Source: the human T2T-CHM13v2.0 reference genome, Homo sapiens. Taken from it: a DNA stretch of 64,000 bases. The notes beneath the pieces were generated by a model that searched no databases, had not been told where the DNA came from, and worked only from the letters and a program-made list of their open reading frames with translations. The stretch is from assembly GCF_009914755.1 (NCBI RefSeq), contig NC_060928.1; one strand, given 5' to 3'. Positions 13,790 through 26,443 of the stretch are shown piece by piece (positions within the stretch are counted from its first letter, which is position 1; every line of letters begins with the position of its first letter). The translations under genes and the position numbers were made by a program.

Positions 13790-14300
13790 TTAACAACCTG
13801 GAGGCAACACTGGAATTTAGAATTCTTGCATTTCTTGAGGCTTCATGGCAGTGCTCAGTAATGTGTAGAGAGATGGGTTCCATACTCTGGCCAGCCCCAC
13901 TTCTCTTCCTCCCCTGGCTCCTTCTCTTAAGGTGAGGGTTTTCCCTCACACATGTTTGGACACTGCAGCCTGCAAAACTAAGCTCCATTCTCATTTCCTG
14001 AGAAGCGCCCTTTCTGGGCCATATCTTAGGTCTAAGAGAAAGCACACTGGCAAAGAGTCTACTCATGGAAGGATAGACCTGTGGAGGAGGCCAGCATAGG
14101 CTCAGGAAGCAGGCTCAAGGCCATTTCTGGGGGGTAGAATTATGGGGTCCTGAGTGCCTCAAGCATAGCCTAAAAGAAGGCACAGCTGCAGGGTGATCAC
14201 CAGTCCTTGGTCCCAGATTTAACATATGCTTGGGGAAAACCAGAACTAAAGAAGGGCCAGAGTGGGTCCAGCCTGCGGCGTCCAGGACACAAGTTCCTCT
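13790..14300. mobile_element. MER115-like hAT-Tip100 fossil
   Basis: tttagaattcttgc...gaattatggggtcctgagtgcctcaagcatagcctaaaagaagg resembles the MER115 consensus. Confidence 0.6.
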
Positions 14301-14857
14301 TGTTTAAGTCTAAGCACTATTCCACTACAAAAGAAGGAAAGGAGAAAAGTCACTGTGGGATTTGCTCTTCATGTCTTCTTTTTATTATCCTGTAGGTAAC
14401 ATGGCTTCACTGAAGAAAACCACATGATCAAACAGGCCTAGATGGAAGTAGTGTGGACTTGTTATCTCAAGGATCTGTAAGCTTGCTTGTGCTATATTAC
14501 GTCTTCTTCTTTCCCTTCCCCACTCTTGTGAAGCTTTTCTTGAGCCCAAGCATTAGATAAAAAATCATTCCTTTCCTATCTTCCTAGTGAACACTTTTCA
14601 TAATTCTGTTTGCCATACATAGGCAATTTTGCTGCACAGATATTTGCTTTCCTCCATAGACTGTGAAATGATGAGATCGCCCGTATGTAAAGTTAATTTT
14701 TTTATTAAAAAGAATGTGTTTCTTGTAGAAAAACCAGAACACATAGTTATTTTAATATAAGAAAGCAAAAAAAAAATCAAACCACCTCTCTGAGATAACT
14801 ATTGTTAATATTTTATTATAAGCCCTCCCATACTTTTCCCTACGGACTGAAATAAAA

Positions 14858-14925
14858 AATACATACATATATATGTATGTATATTTTATATATATATGTA
14901 TAAATATATATATATATATATATAT
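14858..14925. repeat. (TA)n-rich microsatellite
   Basis: Imperfect TA/TACA array read directly. Confidence 0.9.
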
Positions 14926-15009
14926 CTCCATGTATGTGTATTAGGCAGGGCACAATACTATACATACTATTCTCTGATCTGCTTTATTTTTCACTGAATA
15001 GCATGTTAT

Positions 15010-15152
15010 GAGATATACCTAATGTAAATGACAAATTAATGGGTGCAGCACACCAACATGGCACATGTATACATATGTAACAAACCTGCACGTTGTGCAT
15101 ATGTACCCTAGAACTTAAAGTATGATAAAAATAAATAAATAAATAAAATAAA
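15010..15152 (+). mobile_element. L1PA extreme 3' fragment
   Basis: gagatatacctaatgtaaatgac...gggtgcagcacaccaacatggcac...ccctagaacttaaagtat plus an (AAAT)n tail. Confidence 0.93.
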
Positions 15153-15399
15153 GTTAATCCTTAGTAAACTGGGAATTATCTTTGTTAACTGAATGTATCA
15201 CCTATCATATTATGGTGGAATGATTCTATTATTGAAATGTGGTACATGTTACTGCTCTAGAGCAATAATTAAGGATAAAAATCCAAGTTATACCTACATC
15301 TCCTTACAATTGAAAAAACAATGAAACATTATTTCACATCTGAGTTATATTAGAGTGTAGCTATTACATGAGTCCCAAGTCACATAAAGATTTGGGGGT

Positions 15400-15899
15400 T
15401 GTATTAGTTTCCTAAGCCTGCTGTTACCACAAATTTTCTACAGTTATAAATTACAATAAACTTGGTATCTTGAAACCATAGAAATGTATTATTGTATAGT
15501 TCTGGAGGTCAGAAGTCCAAAATTATTCTTAGTGGGCTAAAATCAAAGTGCTGACAAGACTAGTTTCTTCCAAAGGCTCCACAGGAGAATCTGTTTCCTT
15601 TTCTTTGCTAACTTCCAGAGGCCACTTATATTCCTTAGCTCATGACCCCATCTTTCATCTTCAAAGCCAGCTGCAGAGCATCTTCTAATCCCTCTCTCTG
15701 ACTCTGAACTTCCTGTTTCTTACAAGGACCCACTGTGATTATATTGGGCCCACACAGATAATCCAGGATAATATCCCCATCTCAAGATCCTTAACTTGAA
15801 CCATTTGCAAAGTTCCTTTTGCCATATGAAGTAACATACTATCAGGTTGCCTGGATTAGATCATGGACATCTTTGGGGGGTTATTATTAAATCTATCCA
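15400..15899 (-). mobile_element. MLT1D-like MaLR LTR
   Basis: tgtattagtttcctaag...agttctggaggtcagaagtcc...gataatccaggataatatccccatctcaagatcc...ggacatctttggggg. Confidence 0.88.
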
Positions 15900-16308
15900 G
15901 GGGGCAATTGTTTTTATTCACAAGTAAATCAATACTTTATATGAATGTAAAAGTTACTTACACTTTGAGTACACAATGTAAATGAAAAATGACTAAATAA
16001 AATGAAATTGTGCAGAACTGTCCCTAACCTTGTGAAGTGAACACACCTTGGAATTAGAGCGCACCAAGTGATAGACTACTGAGACCTATTATTAGGTTTT
16101 TGCATACAGAAGATTAAAACTGTATATACTTGATCCTGGCCAAGGAAGCTCTGTTTATTTAATTTGGAAATTTTGTGCAAATCGTGTGATTAGTCCATGG
16201 AAACTAAAACCATTGCAGGTGTGTGTATGTGTGTGTGGTTAAGCACACATGCACATATGCATGAAAGGGAGAAAAGATGGCACTTCACAAAGATCCCATG
16301 TTACTTAC

Positions 16309-16343
16309 AGTTTACTGTAAAATAACTTCCATCAGATGGCACA
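16309..16343 (-). CDS. Candidate small exon: 35 nt (16309-16343) or 6-nt microexon TAAACT (16309-16314)
   Basis: Consensus donor ACT|gtaagt with two possible acceptors (tagtttgcag, gttattttacag). TGCATG lies about 56 nt downstream (16248-16253). The 35-nt form is open phase 2->1 (VPSDGSYFTVN). Confidence 0.35.
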
Positions 16344-17069
16344 CTGCAAACTATATCAGCTTTTTAATTTGATTGAAACACCATATTAAACTAGGTAATG
16401 GAATTAAGTATTGTTGCCAAGCAAAATTACATTAATTTTTACATTAAAATTTGTATTTCAATCTATCCTATTGTATGACCACCACATATACCATGGTAAT
16501 CTAGCAATTACACAGACCTGACTTATATTTTAAAATCACACTCAAAGCCTAAAATTTTTAGTGGATCACTTTGTAATTTCCCTAATATAGTTAGGTGTTC
16601 TTTTTTAATTAAATAAAAACTATTATAATATTTTATATTTGCCTTGTACATCAACACTGAATTTAGCATTGTCTTATAAAGACACACATTATCTAGCTTA
16701 TACAGATATACATACTGACATAGCCATAGATATAGATGTGTTTTTTTCCTAAAGAGTCACACTTAATTATACAACTTATCTATAATTGTGAGCCTCAAGA
16801 TTACCCCTAGGCAAACTGCAGAGAAATAAAATTTACCTCTTCTTTCACTGTTCTATGATATGACACTTCATATATACCATCCTTCCTTATAAGACCCTCA
16901 TTTTTCTAATGGTCCCTAACAACATTATCAAATTAAGCTACTCCAGATTCTACTTTCAGGTCACTTCTACAACCTATTCAAACACAACCAACCACAAAAT
17001 ATAGAAGTAAATCTATTAAATAGTTTGACCAAATGGAGAATGAGTACATGTTAAAATCAATATTGGCAA

Positions 17070-17095
17070 GCGAGACTCCATCTCAAAAAAAAAAA
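17070..17095 (+). mobile_element. Extremely 5'-truncated Alu (about 15 nt + polyA)
   Basis: gcgagactccatctc(A)n flanked by a 17-bp TSD aaaatcaatattggcaa / aaaatcagtattggcaa at a TT|AAAA site. Confidence 0.85.
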
Positions 17096-18235
17096 AAAAT
17101 CAGTATTGGCAAAGGTTAAGCCCAAAGTAGGTATTTTAATTATATCTAACAAATTGCAAGGTCCTAAGACTAAATCTGAGATGTGATCAAATAATTTTAA
17201 TTATTAATTTCATATTAATATAATTTTATTATTTAAAATGTTGACAAATTTTAAAAGTTTGACATTATAGTACATAAATGATAATTTCTTACTACAGAGT
17301 TTCCACAACGCTTCTGTGGTCACCAAATTTCACATCTGCAATCATAAATACAGGTTCACTTTGCAGTGAATAAAGAAAATATTTAGGGTGTACATCAATT
17401 TGCTCTATCATGTTATTTTCCTCATATATTTTATGTTTTATGTCTAGATTGAAGATGATTCATCATGTATCTTTTTATAATTTGGGGGGTTTTCCTCTTA
17501 TAAAATGTTGAAGTGCAAAGTTCACATTATTTTTCACTCTTGTCCACAAAATGTGAAGACTCTCAAAGTGAAACCTTCCTTTAATTTTTTTACATTAGAA
17601 TTATGAAGTCATGTAATCTATTATTCTACCATTTATTATAATTAAAATGTCATAAACATTTGTGGATTCAAAAAGAATATAATGTCTACCTCAGCTATCT
17701 AATTAATACACTCACTTTTAATAGCCCCATTAGATTTCAAAATCTTTTCAAATTTATTTATATGGAAATTCTTAATATTTCTGTTAAAATTAGGAGCATT
17801 CACAATTATTACTCATGGTAGTATTTAACTCATATACTAATGTATACTTCAATATATAAATGCCATGGGAGATTTTCACTCTAAGTTATATCTAAAATAT
17901 TTTCCTATTTTTAAAAATGAATGCTTATCTCCAATTTACAAAACCTCCTAGAATTAATAGATGAACTCAGCAAAACTGTAAAATTAACACACAAAAGTCA
18001 CTCGTATATCTACATACAAACAATAAATTTCTGATTAGAAAGGAAAGTGAGAAAACAATTCCATTTAAAGTAGCATCAAATATAATAAAATGCTTAGCTA
18101 TAAAGACACACATAGATTGAAAGTGAACAGATGAAAAAAGATATTCCATGCAAACAGGAACCAAAATTAAGCAGGAATAGCTATACTTAAGTCAAATAAA
18201 GTAGACTTTAAGTCAAAAAGTATAAAAAGAGACAA

Positions 18236-18638
18236 TTATATTGTTTGGTTGTTTGTCCCCTCCAAATGTCATGTCGAAATGGGATTGCCAATGCTGGAGG
18301 TGGGGCCTGGTGGGAGGTGATTAGATCATAGAGGCAGATCCCTCATGAATGGCTTCATGTCATCCCCTTGGCAATGGCTGAGTTCTCACTCTGAGATCTG
18401 GTTGTTTAAAAGTGTGTGGTGCCTCCCCACTTCTCTCTTGCTCCTGTTCTCGCCATATGATGCACTGGCTTCCCCTTCACCTTTCACCATGATTGGAAGC
18501 TTCCTGAGGCCCTCACCAGGAGCAAATGCTGGCACCAGGCTTGTCCAGCCTACAGAACCATGAGCCAATTAAACCTATTTTCTTTAATTACCTTGATCCA
18601 GGTATTTCTTTCTAGCAACTCAAGAACAGACTAATACA
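18236..18638 (+). mobile_element. MSTB-like MaLR solo LTR inside the L1MA
   Basis: MST termini (…gtttggttgtttgtcccctccaaa…gaacagactaataca) and a 5-bp TSD gacaa. Confidence 0.92.
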
Positions 18639-19111
18639 GACAAAGAAGGTCATTGTATAATGATAAAGGGATAAATTCATCAAGAGAATATAATAAATTG
18701 CAAATATATAGGTACCCCGAACAGGAGCACTCAGATATATAAAGCAAATAATATTAGTTTTAAATGGAGGAATAGACTCTAATATAATACTATTTGGGAA
18801 CTACAATACCCCACTCTCCACTCTCCACATTGGACAGATTACCTAGACAGAAAATCAATAAACATCAGATTTGAACTGCACTACAGACATGGCATCAACA
18901 AGATGAAGGACAAAAACCATATGATCATCTCAATAGATAGAGAAAACACATTTGAAAAAAATTAACACCCTTCATGAAAACAGCTCTCAACAAATTAGGT
19001 ATAGAAGGAGCATACATCAATACAGTAAAGGCCATATATGACAAACCCATGTTTAACATCATACCGAATGGGGAAAAGCTGAGAGCTTTTCTGTAAGAAC
19101 TCAAACAAGAT

Positions 19112-19409
<298 letters not shown>

Positions 19410-22400
19410 AAGAATTCAAACAAGACAAGAATGTTCACTGTCGTCACTATTGTTCAATATAATACTGAAACTTCTAGTCAGAGCAATTAAACCTAAGAAA
19501 GAAAGGAGATCCAAATTGGAAAGAAGAAAGTCAAACTGTTCCTGTTTGCAGATGACATGATCTCATATGTAGAAAAACCTGAAGACTCTACCAAAAAGCT
19601 CTTACAACTGATAAATTTAATCATGTTCCAAAATACAAAGTCAACATACAAAAATCAGTAATGTTTCTATACACCAACAACAAACTAGCTGACAAAAAAA
19701 AACAAGAAAGCAATCCATTTTATAATAGCTATAAAAAAACAAAATAAAATACCTAGAATACCTATGAATAGATTAAACCAAGGAGATAAAAGATCTCTGC
19801 AAAAAAACCTATAAAACGCTGATAAAAAAAACTTGAAAAAGACACCAAAAATGAAAGACATCCCATGATCATAGATTGTAAGAATTAACATTGTTAAAAT
19901 GATCATACTACTCAAAGCAATCTACAGATTCAATGCAATCCTATCAAAATAGCAATGTTATTCTTCACAGAAATAGAAAAAAACAATTTTAAAATCTGTA
20001 TAAAACCACAAAAGACCCCAGATAGCCAAAGCAATCTAGAGCACAAAGAACAAAGCCAGAGGCATCACACCTGACTTGAAAATATACTACAGACCTTTAG
20101 GAACCAAACCAGCATGGTACTGGCATAGAAACTGACACATAGACCAATGGAACAGAACAGAGAACTCATAAAAAAATCACATATTTACAGCCAAGTGATT
20201 TTCAACAACAGTGGCAAGAATGTACAATGGGGAAAGGACAGTCCGTCTCTTTAATGAATAGTGCTGGGAAAACTGAATAACCATAAACACAATAATAAAA
20301 CTGGATCCCTACCTCTCACCACATTAAAAAACCAATTCTAAATAGATTAAAGACTTAAATGTAAGACCTGAACTATGAAACTACTGGAAAAAAACACACA
20401 CACACAAAGAAAATGCTTCAGGACACTGGTCTGGGCAAAAATTGTATGAATAAGATCTCAAAAGCACAGGCAGCAAAATCAAAAATAGACAAAGTTATAT
20501 CAAACTAAAAACCTCTGCATAGCAAAGGAAACAACCAACAGAGTGAAGATATTACTTGCAGAATAGAAGAAAATATTTGCAAATTTCTTTCAACAAGAAA
20601 CTAATATCTAAAATATACACAGAATTCAAGTCAACAGCAAATAACAAATAATTTACAAATGGGCAAATGATCTAAATAGAGATTTCTCAAAAGAAGCCAT
20701 ATAAATGGCCAAACAAGTATATTTAAAAAATGCTCAAATCCTAATCATCAGGGAAATGCAAATCAAAACTACAATGAGATATCTTCTCACTCAGGTTCAA
20801 TGCCTATTATCAAAAAAAACAAAAAAAAATAACAAATGCTGGTGAGGATAAAGGGAAAAGAGAACTCTTATACATTGTTGGTGGGAATGTAAAGTAGTAC
20901 AGTCATATAGAAAACAGTAGGGAGGTTCCTCAAAAAACCACAAATACAGCTACCATATGATCCAGCAATCCTACCGCTGGGTGTGTATTCAGTATGCCTG
21001 AGACTTCCACATTCCTACGTTTATTAGAGCACTATTCACAATAGCCAAAATATGGAGTCAACCTAAGTGTCTATTGACAGATAAATGCTTTTTAAAAATG
21101 TGGTATATACTATTAAGCCATAAATAAATGAAATCCTGTTATTTGCAGCACAATGGATAAGCCTGGAAAACATTATGTTAAGTGAAATCAGGCACAGAAA
21201 GATAAATATCACATGTCCTAATTCATATGTGGAAGCTAAAAAGATTGCTCTCATATAAGTAGAGAGTTGAATAGCGGTTCCTAGAAGCAGAGAAGGGTGT
21301 GAATGGGAATAGGAACTGGGAAAGGTTGGTTAATGAATGCATAACTACAACTAGATAGGAGGAACACATTCTAGTTACAGTGTTCTACAGCATGGTAAGC
21401 TGACTATAGTTAACTACAATTTCTTGTATGTTTTCAAATAGCTAGAAGAGAGGATTATGAAAGTTCTCAACACAAAAAGGGATAAATGTTTGAGATGATG
21501 GATATGCTAATTACCCCAATTTTATCATTACACATTCTACACATGTATCAAAATGTCACAGGGTATCCGCATAAATATGTATTATTATTATGTGTCAATT
21601 AAAAATAATAGCAAGAAAATTTTAAAAATATAATAGATGAGAAGAATATAGACCAAAAAAAAAGAAAATATATAGGAATAAGCTTAACCAAGAAGGTGAA
21701 AGACTTATACATTAAAAACTACAAAACTGAAGAAGAAGAACAACAAAAAAATTGGAAAAACATTTTCATGGATTGGAAGACGTAATACTGTTAAAATGTC
21801 AGTATTATCAAAAGTGTTAGGTAGACACTTTAATGCAATGACTTTCAAAACCCCAATGACATTTTATTCAGAAAAATTTAAAAAGTTCAGCCTAAAATTC
21901 AGATGGAATCTCATGGGACCTAAATAACCAAAATAAATTTTAGGTCTCACATTTCCCAACTTCAAAACCTATTACAGATCTACAGGAATTAAAACAGTGT
22001 GATACTGGCATAAAGATAGACATATAGACGAAGGAAATAGAATAGAAAGCCTAGAAATAAACCCTTACTTATACGGTAAAATGATTTTTGACAAAAGTGC
22101 CAACACTATTCAATGGGGAATGCAAAGTGTTTTCAACAAATAATGCTTGGAAAACTGTATATCTATATATAAAAGAAAGAGTTTGGACCTTTACCTTATG
22201 TCACATATAAAAATTATCTCAAAATGGATCAAAGAACTAAATTTAAAAGCTAAAACTTTAAAACTCTTACAACAAAATCGGGAAAGCTTCATGGCACTGG
22301 ATTTAATAATGATTTCATGGATGTGGCAACAAAAGCACATGCGAAAACAGAAAAATAGATAAGCCGCATTATTATATCAAAGTTAAATACTTCTTTCTGT

Positions 22401-23049
22401 GTATCACATGATAAAATAAACAGATGAAAAGACAACCCACAGAATGAGGGAAGTATCTTCAAATCATGTATCTGAAAAGGTGTTACTATCCAAAATTTAT
22501 ATAAAGAACTCCTACAACTAAACAACTATTAAAAAAACTTGATTAAACAATGTGCACAGTACTTGAATAGACATTTCTCCAAAGAAAATGTATGAATGAT
22601 TGATAAGCACATGAAAAGATGCTCAGCATCAGTAATCACTAAAAAAATGCAAATCAAAATGCCAATGAGGTACCACGTCACACCCATTTAAGTAGTTACT
22701 ACTTAAAAAAAAACGGTTGATTTGTGAAGAATGTGGAGAAATTAGAACTCTTGTGCATTGTTGTTGGGAAAGTAAAATGGCTCAGTGGCGATGGAAAACA
22801 GGATGTTGATTTCTTAAGACACTGAAAATAGAACCAACATATGATACAACAATTCCACTTCTGGGTATATACTCCCAAAATTGAAAGCAGAATTTCTAAG
22901 AGATATTTCTACAGTCATGTTTAGAGACGCCATATTCACAATAGCCAAGAGGTAGAAGCAACTGAGCATCCATCCACAGACAAATGAATAAAATGTGGCA
23001 TGTACACAAAAATGAATATTATTCAGCCTAAAGAAGGAAAAAAAAACTA

Positions 23050-26000
23050 AGGCGTGCAAGCAACTTTATAGGAAAATATCTAATAATCTAATTTTAAAAT
23101 GGGCAAAATATCTGAATAGACATTTCCCAAAAGACATACAAATGGAAAACAGGTATATGAAAAGGTAGTCAATATTAATGATCATCAGAGAAATTCAAAT
23201 TAAAACTACAATGAGATATCATCTCATGCCCGTTAAAATGGCATATCCAAAAGACAGGCAATAACAAATGCTAGTGAGGCTATAAAGAAAAGAGAACCCT
23301 CACACACTGTTGGCGGGAATGTAAGTCAGTATAACCACTAGGGAGAACAGTTTGGAAGTTCCTCAAAAAAACTAAAAATTGAGCTAACAAGTGATCCAGC
23401 AATCCCACTGCTAAGTACATACCCCAAAAAAGGAAATCAGTATATCAAAGAGATATCTGCACTCCTATGTTTAATGCAGCACTATTCATAATAGCCAAGA
23501 TTTGGAAGCAACCTAAATGTTCATCAACAGATGAATGAAACAAGTAAATGTGAGGCAAGAGAAAGAAATAAAGGGCATTCAAACAGAAACAGAGGAAGTC
23601 AAATTATCTTTATTTGCAGAGGACATTATCCTATACCTAGAAAATCCCATCATCTCAGCCCAAAAGCTTTTTAAGCTGATAAGCAACTTCAGCAAGTCTC
23701 AGGATAAAAAATCAGTGTGCAAAAATCACTAGCATTCCTATATACCAACAGTCAAACTAAAAGCAAAATCATGAACAAACTCTCATTCACAATTGCCACA
23801 TAAATAATAAAATACCTAGAACTACACTAACTAGGGAGGTGAAAGATCTCTACAATGAGAAATACAAACCATCGCTCAAAGAAATCAGAGATGACACAAA
23901 CAAATAAAAAAAATTCAATGCTCAGGGATACGAAGAACCAGCTTTGTTAAAATGTCCATACTGCCCAAAGCAATTTATACATTCAATGCTATTCCCATTA
24001 AACTACCACTGCCATTCTTACAGAACTAGAAAAAAAATGTTAAAATTCATATTGAACCAAAAAAGAGCCTGAATAACCAAGGCAATCCTAAGCAAAAAGA
24101 ACAAAGCTGGAGACATTACACTACCTGACTTCAAACTATACTACAGTGCTAGAGTAACCAGAACAACATAGCACTGGTACAAGAACAGACACATAGAACA
24201 ATGAAACAGAATAAAGAACCCAGAAATAAGACCACATACCTGTAACTATTTGATCTTTGACAAACCTGACAAAAACAAGCAATGAGGAAAGGATTCCCTA
24301 TTTAATAAATGGTGCTGAGATTACTGGCTAGCCATATACAGAAGAAACTGGACTCCTTCCTTACACCATATACAAAAATTAACTCAAGATGGATCAAATA
24401 CTTAAATGTAAAACCCAAAACTATAAAAATCCTGGAAGACATCCTAGGCAATGTCATTCAGGACATAGGCACAGGCAAAGATTTCATGATGAAGATGCCA
24501 AAAGCAATTGCAACAAAAGCAAAAATTGACAAATGGAATTGAATAAACTTAAGAGCTGCATGGCAAAAGAAACTTGCCAACTGAGTAAAGAGATAGCCTA
24601 CAGAATGGGAGAAAATTTTCGCAAACTATGCATCTAACAAAGGTCTAACATTCATCATCTATAAAGAACTTAAACAAATTTACAAAAAAAAAAAAAACCT
24701 CATAAAAAAGTGGGCAAAGGACATGAACAGACACTGCAAAAGAAGACATACAAGACAACAATCATAATTTAAAAAGTTCAACATCACTGATCATTAGAGA
24801 AATGCAAATCAAAACCATAATGGAGTACCATCTAACACGAGTCAGAATGGCTACTATTAAAAAGTCAAAAAATAATAGATGCTAGTGAGACTGTGGAGGA
24901 AAAGGAATGCTTATACACTGGTGATTGGAGTGTAAATTAGTACAGCCATCGTGGAAGACTGTGATGATTCCTCAAAGACCTAAAGACAGAACTACCATTT
25001 GTCCCAGCAATCCCATTACTGGGTATATGCCCAAAGGAATATAAACCATTCTATTATAAAGACACATGCACACGTATGTTCACTGCAGTACTATTTACAA
25101 TAGCAAAGACATGGAATCAACCTAAATGTCCATCAGTGATAGACTGGATAAAGAAAATGTGGTACATATATACTATGGAATATTATGCAGCTATAAAAAG
25201 CAATGAGATCATGTCCTTTGCAGGGATATGGATGGAGCTGAAGGTCATTATCCTTAGCAAACTACACAGGAACAGAAAACTGAATACCAGATGTACTCAC
25301 TTATAAGTGGAAGCTAAATGATGAAAACACATGCACACATAGAGGAAAATGACACACAGGGGCCTTTCAGAGGGTGGAGGGTGGGAGGAGGAAGAGGATC
25401 AGGAAAAACAACTAATGAGTGCTAGGTTTAATACCTGGGTGATGAAATAATCTGCACAACAAACCCCTATGACAAAAGTTTACCTATGTAACAAACCTGC
25501 ACTTGTACACCTGAACTTAAAATAAGAGTAAAAATAAATAAATAGAACTTAAACTCCCCACCAAAAAAAGATAATGTGGTACATATATACAATGGAGTAT
25601 TATTCAGCCATAAAAATGAATGAAATCCTGTCATTTGCAACTACATGGATGGAAATGGAGGACATTATGATAAGTGAAATAAGCCAGGCACAGAAAGACA
25701 AACTTCACAAGCTCTTACTTATTTGTGGAAGCTAAAAATTAAAACAATTGAACTCACAGTGATAGAGAGCAGCATGATGGTTACTAGAGGCTGGGAAAGG
25801 TGGTGAGGATGTTGTAAGGAGGTAAGGATGGTTAATGGGTACAAAAATATAGTTAGATAGAATGAATAAGATCTAGTATTTGACAGCATAACAGAGTGAC
25901 TATAGTCAATAATAATTTATGTGTACATTTTAAAATAAACAGTATAATTGAGTTGTCTATAACATAAAGACAGGATAAATGCTTGAGGTGATGGAAACCT

Positions 26001-26076
26001 CATTTACCCTGGTGTTATTATTACACATTGCACACGTGTATCAAAATATCTTATGTACATCATAAATACACACACA
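23050..26076 (+). mobile_element. L1MA2/3-like 3' element (23050-23535 and 25570-26076)
   Basis: 3'UTR ggatggttaatgggtacaaaaatatagttagatagaatgaataagatctag; split by the L1PA13. Confidence 0.85.
23545..25545 (+). mobile_element. L1PA13-like 3' 2-kb element
   Basis: ORF2 remnants (ORFs 23535, 24309 and 25076 are L1 ORF2-like) and the 3'UTR aggatcaggaaaaacaactaatg...gatgaaataatctgcacaacaaacccc. Confidence 0.9.
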
Positions 26077-26443
26077 TGAAAAAAGGAACAAAATTCTGAT
26101 ACATACTATGACATAGTCGTAGGACTATGCTATGGGAAATAATTTAGTCACAGAAAGATAAATACTGTATGATTCCATATGATTCCATTCATCTACAAAG
26201 AGTAGTTAAATTCATAGAGACACTAAGCAAAATGGTGGTTGCCAGGAGCTGGGGGTGGGGGTGTGGAATGGGGAATAGTTGTTTAATGAGTATGGAGTTT
26301 AAGTTTTGCAAGATGTAAAGAGTTCTGGAGATTGGTTGCACAACAATATAAATGCACTTAACATTACTGAACTGTATGCTTAAAAATAGTTCAGATGGTA
26401 AATTTTATGTGTATTTTACCACAATTAAATTCTTTCAAAAATA

